Positions 38,152 to 47,659 of a DNA stretch of 64,000 nucleotides are shown piece by piece; the stretch's first letter is position 1, and every line of letters starts with the position of its first letter. The translations under genes and the position numbers were made by a program. The notes beneath the pieces were generated by a model that was given only the letters and a program-made list of their open reading frames with translations, was not told where the DNA came from and ran no database searches. This DNA comes from a virus, in the IMG/VR virus record IMGVR_UViG_3300044701_001468, one strand, 5' to 3'.

Positions 38152-39771
38152 TTATTTTTCTGATGTTTTGGGTTTAGGTGGAGCAGCAGGTGCTGGAGGT
38201 GGTGGAGGCATTGCGCCAACCTCAAGTGATGCAGCATTCATCAAGTTGGTGTGAATAGGATCAGGAATCTTACCTTCTCCAATTTCGGATTCCATTTGCT
38301 TAGTGATCTCATCATATTCTGTATCAGATTGCATAAGAACTTGCTTTCTGACATATTCAATAGAATAATATTTACCCAAGAAAGGATCTAACTGAGTAGC
38401 AACTTGTAGGCGATTGCCCATAAGTTCTGCTTGCTTAAGTTCTTCAAAATGATTATCAAAATGATAGTCATATTGAATATGCTCTTGCATTTCTTCCCAA
38501 TCTTCTGGAGCAATAACTCCTTTTAGAATGAGTTGAGTTTTTAGCATGTCATGGAACATTGCGCTAAACTTCTTACGAAGTCTTGCAATCCACTTGGCAA
38601 ACTTAAGTTCATCACGTAAAATTTCAGATGAACGACCAAGTGAGAATCCTTGGTTAGCATCATCTAAACGTGATGGTGGGAGGTTAAGTGAGTTGTATAG
38701 TTTCTTTTTGAAGTATTCGACATCCTTAAGTTCGCCCAGATTTTGACCACCAGGCAGAGTTGTGATTTCTGTTCCTCTGCCACCTTCACGTCTGGGGAGC
38801 CAAAAGTCCTCAAGCATACTCATATGCTTTTTGTCGTCACGAATCTCACCAGTCTGTGCGTCATAAACGAGTTTGTTTCTGTAACGCGCCATTGTTTCGC
38901 GTAGGTATTGCTCTGCCTTTACCTTAGGTAGATTGCCTACATCGATGTAGAAAATTCTTCTTTCTGGTGCGCGTGACAAACGATAGATAACCAGCGCATC
39001 TTCGATCATGCGAAGCTGGTTGAGTGATTTGATTGCTTTGTGTAGGAAACTCAAAACCATCTTTTTGTTGAGGTCTTGAATACCTGATTGAACATAAGTG
39101 ATTGCATCATTCGCAATTTTGACGCCACTTGTTGCGTTGTTAACGTCAAAGGTTGAACTGATGAATCCCTTAGGATTATACATGTAGTAATCTACATACT
39201 CACCAAAGTCATATTGATAAGCGGTTCCTTGAATACCTTGTAAATTTTGTGCTAACTTAGGATCTTTATTTTGAACTCTTACTTTTTTGATTCTGAGTGG
39301 ATCGATGTATCTGAGTTCAAGAATACCCGCTTTAGGATTAGCAAGATCAATGACTTTATGATAATATAGTCTACCATCAATATACCAAGTTCTAAAAATT
39401 TCATGAGCTCTGGTATCAAAATGAAGAAGACGGAGAAGATATAAAAACTCTTCTCTAATTTTTTTCTTGATTGATTCGCTTACATCTAAATTAGACAACT
39501 CAATTGAAATAGGAGTATCATCTAAACTAGAATTAATTGCTTCGTTAACGATCTCGTCAATAGCGGAGTCAACTTCTGGATGCATCGACATATCACGATA
39601 GCGCCTAATGAGATCAAACTCATTACGCGCTACGCCATCAATATCCACATACGAACCAAAATAACCACCTGCTACAGTGGTTACCGCGTCGTCAGCAGAA
39701 GGAGGAATTGGGGACTGACCTTTCAATTCCTCCTGTTTAGATTTGATTGAGAATCCAAAAAGTTGACTCAT
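38152..39771 (-). CDS. gp20: Portal protein
   Basis: YRLSRAPERRIFYIDVGNLP, EDFWLPRREGGRGTEI. Confidence 0.98.
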   Translation of the reverse strand: MSQLFGFSIKSKQEELKGQSPIPPSADDAVTTVAGGYFGSYVDIDGVARNEFDLIRRYRDMSMHPEVDSAIDEIVNEAINSSLDDTPISIELSNLDVSESIKKKIREEFLYLLRLLHFDTRAHEIFRTWYIDGRLYYHKVIDLANPKAGILELRYIDPLRIKKVRVQNKDPKLAQNLQGIQGTAYQYDFGEYVDYYMYNPKGFISSTFDVNNATSGVKIANDAITYVQSGIQDLNKKMVLSFLHKAIKSLNQLRMIEDALVIYRLSRAPERRIFYIDVGNLPKVKAEQYLRETMARYRNKLVYDAQTGEIRDDKKHMSMLEDFWLPRREGGRGTEITTLPGGQNLGELKDVEYFKKKLYNSLNLPPSRLDDANQGFSLGRSSEILRDELKFAKWIARLRKKFSAMFHDMLKTQLILKGVIAPEDWEEMQEHIQYDYHFDNHFEELKQAELMGNRLQVATQLDPFLGKYYSIEYVRKQVLMQSDTEYDEITKQMESEIGEGKIPDPIHTNLMNAASLEVGAMPPPPPAPAAPPKPKTSEK

Positions 39772-39802
39772 ATTTAAATTGTCTCACTTACCGATACTAT
39801 AT

Positions 39803-40405
39803 TTATGCGCCAGCTACAACGTCAGTTTCGCTGGTTCCTTCCCCTCTTGTCCAGTATTGAACTTGGAATTCAACTGTGAATTCTTCAATCTGATCATTGC
39901 TGTCATAAGCAAGATCAATTTGAGAAATGTTGGTTGGAAAACAATCCCATAATTTATAAGTTGCAATAACATTACCAGTAGCAGAATTAGATCTTTCTAA
40001 TTGCTTAACAAGAATGTTTGCTGTGTATCCAGTGCTTGAAGGGACAACTAATGAAGCAGAATTTTTTTCGTGCTGATTAATTGCATCCATCCATTTTTCA
40101 AATGCTTTACGAACTTTGAATCCTGTTGAACTAGCATTAGGACCATCATTAAAGAACGTTGCCGTCCAAGTATCAAATGTTCTGTCTCCAGCAATCTTAA
40201 CTGTTCTTCCTCTAAAAGGAACTTCAATAACACCTAAGTTTGATGCTGGAAGAGCAGCTGATTTGCAAAGAATACCAGTTAATGTATCCTCATCCGTGCT
40301 AACAGAAAGTGTTGAAGGGAATGTGATATCAACTTCGTAAAGATTAGGTCTTACGCCATTTTTAATATTCTGTAAGAATCCACTTACGCTACTTGAAATT
40401 GCCAT
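39803..40405 (-). CDS. gp19: Tail tube protein
   Basis: RPNLYEV, VPFRGR, AGDRTF, IEEFTVEF. Confidence 0.95.
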   Translation of the reverse strand: MAISSSVSGFLQNIKNGVRPNLYEVDITFPSTLSVSTDEDTLTGILCKSAALPASNLGVIEVPFRGRTVKIAGDRTFDTWTATFFNDGPNASSTGFKVRKAFEKWMDAINQHEKNSASLVVPSSTGYTANILVKQLERSNSATGNVIATYKLWDCFPTNISQIDLAYDSNDQIEEFTVEFQVQYWTRGEGTSETDVVAGA

Positions 40406-40444
40406 TTGTTTGTTACCTCTCTAATGTTAATGATTTTTAAAAAA

Positions 40445-42592
40445 TTATCTACCGACAACTTCAGAGAAAGTCACGCCAGTGCGGGTGGCAACAAATGTAA
40501 TGGTAATGTAGTTGATAGATCTTGTAGGTTGTACATAAACTTCAGCGACAAATTCATTTCTGTCGATTACATCTGCAGTGTTGTTTGTTTCATCGCAAAC
40601 AACCAAGAAGTCAGTGACTCCTCTCTTTGCTTTAACTTCCGCCATATATGAATTCACTGCGTTGAAGAATTGTCCTCTTGTTTGTGAATCATTTAATTCG
40701 AAGAGAACATTTTTCGCTAGTTGATTTACTCTCTTTTCAATCGAGAGGAAGAGACGACGAACATTGATTCTGTCAAAAGCACTTGGAGTTGCTAAAGCAG
40801 TCTTATCGCCAAATAGAACTACGCCTTGTCCAGGGAAGGAAGCAATTGGGTTAATTCTCTTTTGGTATAGTTTGTCTCTATCTGTTTTTGTTGGAGTGTA
40901 TGCTAACTTAACTGCACTCTTTAGATTTCCTCTTTGAGTACCAGCTGGTGAATACCAATCTTCTAAAGTTGCTGAAGTTTGAACACATAAACCAGCAACG
41001 TCTCCGTTACATGGAATGTATCTGTATGTGTCAGCAAATCTATCATAGATGTACTTATATCCACTATCAAAAACTGCATATGAGGTGCTGGTTCCTACAC
41101 TATTGAAGAATGTGATGATGTCATCTCTTTGAGCAGTTGACGAAGAGAGACCAACAAATCCATTATGTGGAGAAACGAATGCTACACAATCTTTTCTATT
41201 TGCGGCAATAGAAATGACTTTCTGTGATTTTGTTACTTGGTCTGCTTCAACAGCAAGACTTCCACCAGTTAGAATGAAATCAACTTCTACTTCTTCCGTA
41301 TCAGCAAAAAGATCGAATGAAGTATTGATGGTAGAAACTGTAGTTGTATATGCATCAACTCCACCAGTCATAACTAGAGAACCACTCGATCCGAGTGCCC
41401 CACCGCCAGCATAAATGTATGCTGATTTGTTTTTGATGACATCAATATAATATCTAGAAGCACCTTGAGTGTCTTTAGCAGATGAGGTGCGTGAAAGATA
41501 TAAGAAACTTTCTAAAATTAATCCTGTTGAATCTAAAACAATAACATGTAAATCATCTGCTGTGGAAGATCCAGTGGTTGGACTTGCTGGTTGAGCAGCA
41601 ACTGATGACCATAGTGAAGAAGTTCCGCCAATGGTTACGCTGTCATATGATGCTACACTACCATCAATCCAGGCAACTCTAATATCATTGGACCAAGTTC
41701 CAGGAGTGCGAGAAGCAAATTTCCAAGTATACCCTGAAAAACCAGACTCGTAATTTTGTAGAGACTTGATTGTTGGAGCAGCAATGCCAGTGGTTGTTAC
41801 TCTAGGATATACTTCCGAAAGAGTAGTTGTTGTAGCAGTAGCAGCAAACGTTAATACGGTTGCTGTGATTGTTGAAGTTGGTTGTGCTGCAGCGGTTGTT
41901 CCTAATTGACCACGAGTTACAACAATATCTGATCCTTCAGCATCGGTAATTAAAACAATTTCAGTCGTAGAATCTACGTTGTTAGTAATTTTTACATATG
42001 ATCCGACGTTGAATCCAGATCCACCAGTAAGAGTAAAAATGTTTTCTGTAGAATCTAGAGCTTCGTTAACAACTGTTGTGGTCGCTGAATCGGCATAATT
42101 CCACTTGGTAACCGTTGCTCCACTAGCATGATTAGCAGCGGATGAACCAAGTTGTGCTCTGGTAACCGTTAAGTTTTCTGCTCCTGTAGTTGATTTTGCG
42201 GTAACAGCAAAATATTCGGAGTCAACTTTTACGATATCTCCAACTGTAAATGGATCTGCATCTGCAACATATAATTTTGTTGCGTCAGTAACTTGAGATC
42301 CATTCTCAGTGACGGCATTTTTTAATGCGGTATCGTCAACACGAACAACATTAAGTTGACCGCCGTAAGAAAGGAAAGTTGAAGCAACAAACCAATCTTC
42401 GTAATTATTGTTATTTGGGGCACCGAATGTTTCTAAGAGTTCTCTTTCTGTTGTGATATTGGTAATAACTCCTACTGGTCCTTTTGCAAAACTGCCAACA
42501 AATGCAGCTGTGTTTGCTTGAGATCCTACGATAGTAGAAGCAGTTAAATCACGCTCTCTTAGAACAATTCCAGGTGATACTTGACCTGCCAT
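40445..42592 (-). CDS. gp18: Tail sheath protein with inserted domains
   Basis: SPGIVLRERD, WYSPAG, FDRINVRRLF, PTRSINYI. Confidence 0.97.
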   Translation of the reverse strand: MAGQVSPGIVLRERDLTASTIVGSQANTAAFVGSFAKGPVGVITNITTERELLETFGAPNNNNYEDWFVASTFLSYGGQLNVVRVDDTALKNAVTENGSQVTDATKLYVADADPFTVGDIVKVDSEYFAVTAKSTTGAENLTVTRAQLGSSAANHASGATVTKWNYADSATTTVVNEALDSTENIFTLTGGSGFNVGSYVKITNNVDSTTEIVLITDAEGSDIVVTRGQLGTTAAAQPTSTITATVLTFAATATTTTLSEVYPRVTTTGIAAPTIKSLQNYESGFSGYTWKFASRTPGTWSNDIRVAWIDGSVASYDSVTIGGTSSLWSSVAAQPASPTTGSSTADDLHVIVLDSTGLILESFLYLSRTSSAKDTQGASRYYIDVIKNKSAYIYAGGGALGSSGSLVMTGGVDAYTTTVSTINTSFDLFADTEEVEVDFILTGGSLAVEADQVTKSQKVISIAANRKDCVAFVSPHNGFVGLSSSTAQRDDIITFFNSVGTSTSYAVFDSGYKYIYDRFADTYRYIPCNGDVAGLCVQTSATLEDWYSPAGTQRGNLKSAVKLAYTPTKTDRDKLYQKRINPIASFPGQGVVLFGDKTALATPSAFDRINVRRLFLSIEKRVNQLAKNVLFELNDSQTRGQFFNAVNSYMAEVKAKRGVTDFLVVCDETNNTADVIDRNEFVAEVYVQPTRSINYITITFVATRTGVTFSEVVGR

Positions 42593-42683
42593 GTTTCTCT
42601 CCTCGATGAAATTAGTTCATTTTTTTAACTACAAATATTTATGAAAATGTTTATTTCAAATGGGGAAACAATGCATGAACAAA

Positions 42684-42911
42684 TTACCAGTCAGGATATT
42701 CCCACACGATTGGGTTCTTACCCTTTCTATTATTAGTAATTCTTTTTATGGTGCAATCCTTACACTCGTATGAATAAGAAGAAAGTAGATATTTTTTTGG
42801 TTTTCTAGTGATATAAAAATCAGTCATGACATCTTTTGTTTCGCCACAAACTCTACAAGTTCTTTCTCGAAACAATAAATGCTCTAATGAAAACTGATCT
42901 TCTAAATCCAT
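42684..42911 (-). CDS. 75-aa CxxC...CxxC zinc-finger protein
   Basis: CRVC...ECKDC; TAATG-coupled to gp17 (start moved to 42911). Confidence 0.7.
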   Translation of the reverse strand: MDLEDQFSLEHLLFRERTCRVCGETKDVMTDFYITRKPKKYLLSSYSYECKDCTIKRITNNRKGKNPIVWEYPDW

Positions 42912-44572
42912 TAGTATCCCAACATATATTCTACATCTGCATATGGATTTCCGTATCCATCTGTATACCAAACATTTCCATCTTCGTCTATTATTTTCTC
43001 TTCTTCATCCAATCCATCTGATATAAATCCGAAGGGAGCCATATCTTGTTCAATTTGATTCTTTTGTTCGTCGTAGATTCTTTTGCGAACATCGTTGTCA
43101 GTCATCTCCCTAAAATAAGGTTGAACCGCTAACCACGCAAAGATAACTAGACACATTACTAGGTCATCATTAAAACCATCATCCGCTTCAAATGATTGAT
43201 TCTTCTGAATAAATGTAGTCAATTCGCTGATAATCTCATAATCTGGTATAATAAGTTTGTCATCTTCAATCAGTGTTTTTAAGTTAGAGCATCCAACTTT
43301 TTTTGTCACTTTAGACATCTTTAAACCAAGTTGAGATTTGGTGCCAGAGAAACCTTGCCCGACAATTTGCCCAGCTCTTCCTCTCATCGCACACATCAAG
43401 ATGTTTGGATACTCTAAGTCATAGTGGAGGATGTTTCCAACCTGCTCACCAATGTCATTCACTTCAATTAGTATATAGCATTTGTTATAATTTCTAGCAA
43501 CTTGATCTATGATATTTGGAAATAGAATAGGTTTAATTTCATTGTTTCGATACTTAGCAACAATCTTCCAAGGCAGTGTAGTTACATCAAATACTACAAA
43601 TGCCGAGAAGTCATTATTGGTTCCTCTAGAAACATCGACCGTCATAATATAATCACGATCTTTCTTTGCTTCTTCGTAAACTTTCAATCCCTTACCATTA
43701 TCTTGGATTGGATCGTCGTATGCTAATGCTCTGAGTTTAGCAGCAGAGATAAGAGTATCAACCGAACCTAAGAACTCGCATTCAAACTCCTGTGTAAATT
43801 GCCTCTCAGAGGTGTTTCTAATCGTCTCCTGCTTCCATGCCTCATCTCTGCCAGGAACTGCACTCCAATGCACTTCTAGGGGCACGTAGCCGTTCCTGCC
43901 GCGCTCTGCGTCGTGCCACAGCTTGTAGAACATATTCATACCCTGTGGGGTAGAAATGATAATAACCTTTGTGGTCTTACCTGACGAGATAGTAGGATAC
44001 ACAGAGCTAAAGAACTGCTCTGCCATGTGGTTGGGAACGAACGCAAACTCGTCAAGGAAGATGATGTTGAAAGAGTTTCCTCTAACGGCGCTAGAAGACG
44101 TTGAGGCAGCGATGATCTTAGATCCGTTATCTAGTTCCAAAGAACCTTTGTTCCATGCTACAATGCCTTGCTGCATCCACTTAGGAAGGTTCTCATACGC
44201 AAGTTGTAAACGTGAAAGGAGTTCCCTTGACGTTTCTGCTTTGTTTGCTAGAATAGCAATCTTAATGTTGTCGTTGAAAACCGCGTAATGAAGCAGATAT
44301 GAAATAACAGTTGTAGATTTTCCCGTCTGTCTAGGAAGTTTAGCTATGTTAAAACGATTTTCATGAAAGTTTTGAATCATCTTTTCCTGAAAATCATACA
44401 TCTTGAAAGGAACTAGACCTTCATCAAGTGAAATAATTTTGACATAGTTCTTCGCAAAATGTACAGGATCATCCTTACATCTAATAAACTCCTCAATCTG
44501 TTTCTTGGTAAATGATATAGGAGTATTCGCTTTTTTTAAATTAGGATTACCAAGATATACATTATCACTCAT
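42911..44572 (-). CDS. gp17: Terminase large subunit
   Basis: PRQTGKST, FLDEFAF, VDVSRG, DDLVM. Confidence 0.98.
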   Translation of the reverse strand: MSDNVYLGNPNLKKANTPISFTKKQIEEFIRCKDDPVHFAKNYVKIISLDEGLVPFKMYDFQEKMIQNFHENRFNIAKLPRQTGKSTTVISYLLHYAVFNDNIKIAILANKAETSRELLSRLQLAYENLPKWMQQGIVAWNKGSLELDNGSKIIAASTSSSAVRGNSFNIIFLDEFAFVPNHMAEQFFSSVYPTISSGKTTKVIIISTPQGMNMFYKLWHDAERGRNGYVPLEVHWSAVPGRDEAWKQETIRNTSERQFTQEFECEFLGSVDTLISAAKLRALAYDDPIQDNGKGLKVYEEAKKDRDYIMTVDVSRGTNNDFSAFVVFDVTTLPWKIVAKYRNNEIKPILFPNIIDQVARNYNKCYILIEVNDIGEQVGNILHYDLEYPNILMCAMRGRAGQIVGQGFSGTKSQLGLKMSKVTKKVGCSNLKTLIEDDKLIIPDYEIISELTTFIQKNQSFEADDGFNDDLVMCLVIFAWLAVQPYFREMTDNDVRKRIYDEQKNQIEQDMAPFGFISDGLDEEEKIIDEDGNVWYTDGYGNPYADVEYMLGY

Positions 44573-44798
44573 TTGCTCTTCTAATATCCTTTTCGATTTC
44601 TTCCATGCTATTTAATCTCTTTTCCCACCCATCACCTTTCGTGGTTCCCTTTGCTGGATTGATGCAAGTATCATCACCAAACTTATCACAAACCAAAGAA
44701 GCGAGCTCAGTTTCATTCCCCTTCTTATTAGTGCCAGCCCAGAAGTGTTGACCTCCAATCCAGCAAGCCCCACACTTAGGGCAGGTTTTAGTATCCAT
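44565..44798 (-). CDS. Cys-rich hypothetical protein
   Basis: TCPKCGACW...LVC...CIN; sigma70 promoter upstream. Confidence 0.65.
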   Translation of the reverse strand: MDTKTCPKCGACWIGGQHFWAGTNKKGNETELASLVCDKFGDDTCINPAKGTTKGDGWEKRLNSMEEIEKDIRRANE

Positions 44799-44825
44799 TG
44801 AGTCTTACCTTGATACGGTAATGAT

Positions 44826-44877
44826 ATTATATAGGTAAACCTTGTATCGTCAAGTTACAATTTACACAAATTTGTGT
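44826..44877 (-). promoter_or_regulatory. Sigma70 promoter TTGACG-N16-TATAAT with upstream 14-bp palindrome ACACAAATTTGTGT
   Basis: -10 at 44826-44831, -35 at 44848-44853, palindrome at 44864-44877. Confidence 0.65.
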
Positions 44878-45605
44878 CAGCAATTCCACGCACGAAGAGA
44901 TTTATTAATGCGTGAATCTGGATCACTTGCTGTTTTTTTAGAAGTTAACTTTGCTTTCATACCTTTCATGCGGGCACAAAAACTTTTTCTGCGAGGATTG
45001 CCAACTTTCTTTGAAGGTGCTTTAAGATCGCTTCCAGGATTCTCACGCTCGTAAGATTTTCTTCCTTTTTCATTCAGACCACCTTCTGAATTCTTACCAG
45101 ACTTTTTTGTCCAAGCAGCCCCCTCAGCAACATACTCTTCATTCTTGCTGCTCATATAATCAGCAGCAGTGTCGATATAATCAGCGGCAAGAGTGACCTT
45201 AGACTGAACCCAACCAGGAAGTTGCATCTTTGGATCTTGAACTACTGAGCGAAGACGAGTTACTGCATTCTCGATAGTATCAAGTTGACTCATAATCATT
45301 CCACCTTCGTCATCGATCTCTTTACCCATGGCAACAGCGATATGATTCTCGCAGATCTGACGCATCTCTTTGACAGTTCTTTTCTTTTTGTGTTGTGCTT
45401 TTAGTTCTTTTTCCATCTTAAGTAAGTGAGTGTAGTAATCTGGGAATTCATCTAAATGCTGAAGAGCGATACCATATGCTTCTTCGTGTGTGGTAACATG
45501 CTCGCGTTCTACAGTTGAACCAACTTCTGCCTGTTTAATAATAGTCTCAACAGACACACCATGCTTCTTGGCAATTTCTTTTTCTGTAGGAACTCTTTTT
45601 TTCAT
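44877..45605 (-). CDS. Modular hypothetical protein, probable internal head protein
   Basis: Three blocks: EIAKKHGV...EREH...QHL..PDYY; LPGWVQSKVTLAADY; AAWTKKSGK...GGLN...RRKSFCARM...WNC. TAATG start at 45605. Confidence 0.65.
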   Translation of the reverse strand: MKKRVPTEKEIAKKHGVSVETIIKQAEVGSTVEREHVTTHEEAYGIALQHLDEFPDYYTHLLKMEKELKAQHKKKRTVKEMRQICENHIAVAMGKEIDDEGGMIMSQLDTIENAVTRLRSVVQDPKMQLPGWVQSKVTLAADYIDTAADYMSSKNEEYVAEGAAWTKKSGKNSEGGLNEKGRKSYERENPGSDLKAPSKKVGNPRRKSFCARMKGMKAKLTSKKTASDPDSRINKSLRAWNC

Positions 45606-46969
45606 TAGTAAATCTCCCTCCATTGAAGACCTGCTCTGATTGTTCCAGCGTTATTACCCATGTTCGTTACCAATACAACATATACTTCAGATGAACTTGA
45701 GTCAAAATTCTGAACGATAATGTTTTTCTTTGCTGCTGAAATAGAACCTGTTGAAGCAGATCCTAAAGAGTTCTGTGAAGAACCAGCAGTCACATAACCA
45801 CCAAATAAGACATCAGCATCTGCTGCTGTATAACCAGTAGCACCTACAGAATATTGAACTCCACTATCAGCATCAACATCAGTCCAAGCAAGTGTTCCTG
45901 CCAAACTTGCTTCACTGGGAAGTTTAGCAATTTGAAATGCCATCGTTTCGCCAGTTGGATACAGAGCAATATTATTTAACTTGACGGAAATTCTATTTGG
46001 ATAAGATTGGAATGTATTTTTCAAACGAATTTCTAATACTGGTAGAGTGGAACCTGCGCTAACTGCTCTTGATGCTGTCATCAAATGCATAAAGTCAATG
46101 CCACTTTCTGTGTATCCACCTTCTGACATCACGGTGGAACAAATCTGATCCATCGAACCACCAGAAGTTGTGCCTGTGTTTAAGATCTCACATCTTACTG
46201 GAAGGTTTGGATTAGACATATAAACTTCTGATAGCACATTCGAGCAGTAGTATTCATGTGCTAAAATAATCTGTCCGTTATGAACAAATCCACAGCGAAT
46301 TCTACCAACTCCAAGCCACTGGAAGTCAATATAAACCAGTTGAGTTTTTGATGTGTTGATATTGAACTTAGAAGGACCAGTTCCATCACAAGGATCAATA
46401 CTCCATTCTGATTGTGGAACTCTTCTCTTGTAGGTTCCCACTGTCTCTTCACTAGCACTACCGCCAGCATAGGAACGAACTACAAAGTTGAGTGTGCCGT
46501 TGGTTGTGCCGTTGGAAGTTCCATTTCCAACTTGCTCGAAGTAAATGCCATCTCTGTCATCAAAATATCCAGTTCTCTTGGTTACATTCTGTTGGGCGTA
46601 ACCAAAGCATACCGAACTAAAGATAACTTGTGATTTACCTGGCTGGTAATGATGATAAAACTTTGTTTGGTGAGCAGCACTCGAAGCAACATTAGATGTT
46701 GTTGTCATCCTAGCACATGCTTTATTCACGTCATATTGAATAGTAGCACCATTCAATGTTCTATTGTTGAAGTTAGGGTCAATAGCATAGAGATGCTTGT
46801 AATCACCTAGAGTAAATGTCTCGGCAACTCTCAAACGACCAAAGGCATCAACAGCAGTCGCACCAGTTCCAGCAGTAAGATTACCGAAGTTATCGGCAAT
46901 CATGACTACCTCAAAGTTTGTTTTTTCCTGGGGCAGGAAATCTTCGTAGTGTTTACTATACTGTGCCAT
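45605..46969 (-). CDS. Beta-rich putative structural protein (lectin-like fold suspected)
   Basis: DAFGRLRV, YQPGKSQ, WLGVGRIR, PNLPVRCE; in the late cluster. Confidence 0.6.
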   Translation of the reverse strand: MAQYSKHYEDFLPQEKTNFEVVMIADNFGNLTAGTGATAVDAFGRLRVAETFTLGDYKHLYAIDPNFNNRTLNGATIQYDVNKACARMTTTSNVASSAAHQTKFYHHYQPGKSQVIFSSVCFGYAQQNVTKRTGYFDDRDGIYFEQVGNGTSNGTTNGTLNFVVRSYAGGSASEETVGTYKRRVPQSEWSIDPCDGTGPSKFNINTSKTQLVYIDFQWLGVGRIRCGFVHNGQIILAHEYYCSNVLSEVYMSNPNLPVRCEILNTGTTSGGSMDQICSTVMSEGGYTESGIDFMHLMTASRAVSAGSTLPVLEIRLKNTFQSYPNRISVKLNNIALYPTGETMAFQIAKLPSEASLAGTLAWTDVDADSGVQYSVGATGYTAADADVLFGGYVTAGSSQNSLGSASTGSISAAKKNIIVQNFDSSSSEVYVVLVTNMGNNAGTIRAGLQWREIY

Positions 46970-47214
46970 TAGATTGAATACGCGACTTTAACTGCTTTGA
47001 ATGCCGCGCCTCCTTCTAGTGTGTCTGTTGGTTCTTTTTCTACATAAGCAACTTCGTTTGCTGCCATTGTAAAACTACCGATCGTAGCGCCAGCAGAATC
47101 CTTACGAGTAACTAGTGCTGCTGTACTGGTATTTAAAACCCTAACAACAGTTGCTGAGTCAACATTAGTAGCTGATGTAAGCGTTGTTTCCGCCGCCAAT
47201 ACTTTGAGTGCCAT
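46969..47214 (-). CDS. Small beta-rich hypothetical protein
   Basis: 81 aa; late promoter ATAAATA at 47234-47240. Confidence 0.65.
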   Translation of the reverse strand: MALKVLAAETTLTSATNVDSATVVRVLNTSTAALVTRKDSAGATIGSFTMAANEVAYVEKEPTDTLEGGAAFKAVKVAYSI

Positions 47215-47236
47215 GATACTTCCGTTTATTTAATAT

Positions 47237-47659
47237 TTATTCTTCTTCAACCTTTCCTTTCTTCAATAGTAATTGAAGGTCAGCAGTGGTTCCAAAGAAC
47301 ATGTTATTTGTTACGTTGCCATTGATAGCAGCAGATTTTTTATCAACCTTTTCGAGGTCTTTGATTTTCTTTTGAAGGTCAATAAGTTTATCTGTCATGT
47401 CTGCCGTTTGCTTAATAAAGTTACCAGCAACCTCATAAGCTCTTGGATGATTGCTTTCTCGTGCTAAGTCAAGCACATCGTTGATTGCCTCTTGTGCTTT
47501 ATCAATCAGATTGTATAGTTGACCTCTAGTATACTGATAATCTTTATCAGCATCTTCAGAGATCTCACTTCCCATTTGTTTAATCATTTCAGTTTTTGCT
47601 TCTATAGGTGATACATCAATATCAAAAATTTCTTCCATGTTATCTTCAAATTTACTCAT
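47237..47659 (-). CDS. gp16: Terminase small subunit
   Basis: DYQYTRGQL, HPRAYEV, NNMFFGTTADLQ; follows gp15. Confidence 0.9.
   Translation of the reverse strand: MSKFEDNMEEIFDIDVSPIEAKTEMIKQMGSEISEDADKDYQYTRGQLYNLIDKAQEAINDVLDLARESNHPRAYEVAGNFIKQTADMTDKLIDLQKKIKDLEKVDKKSAAINGNVTNNMFFGTTADLQLLLKKGKVEEE

Noticed and set aside
12360-43930. Recoded patches as DGR variable or template repeats
   Set aside because: No reverse transcriptase, no TR/VR duplicate pair and no adenine-specific pattern seen; the patches are not copies of each other
2247-44572. Introns or inteins in nrdA, nrdB, gp41, gp43, gp17, gp20
   Set aside because: All are uninterrupted and of ordinary length, with no intein splice motifs or LAGLIDADG inserts
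1747-45623. ORF-track upstream extensions of the C39 peptidase, MoxR ATPase, gp46, gp55, Zn-finger, DUF3310-like and 242-aa genes
   Set aside because: The extensions run over promoters or neighbouring genes; downstream ATGs give coupling overlaps or family-typical N-termini
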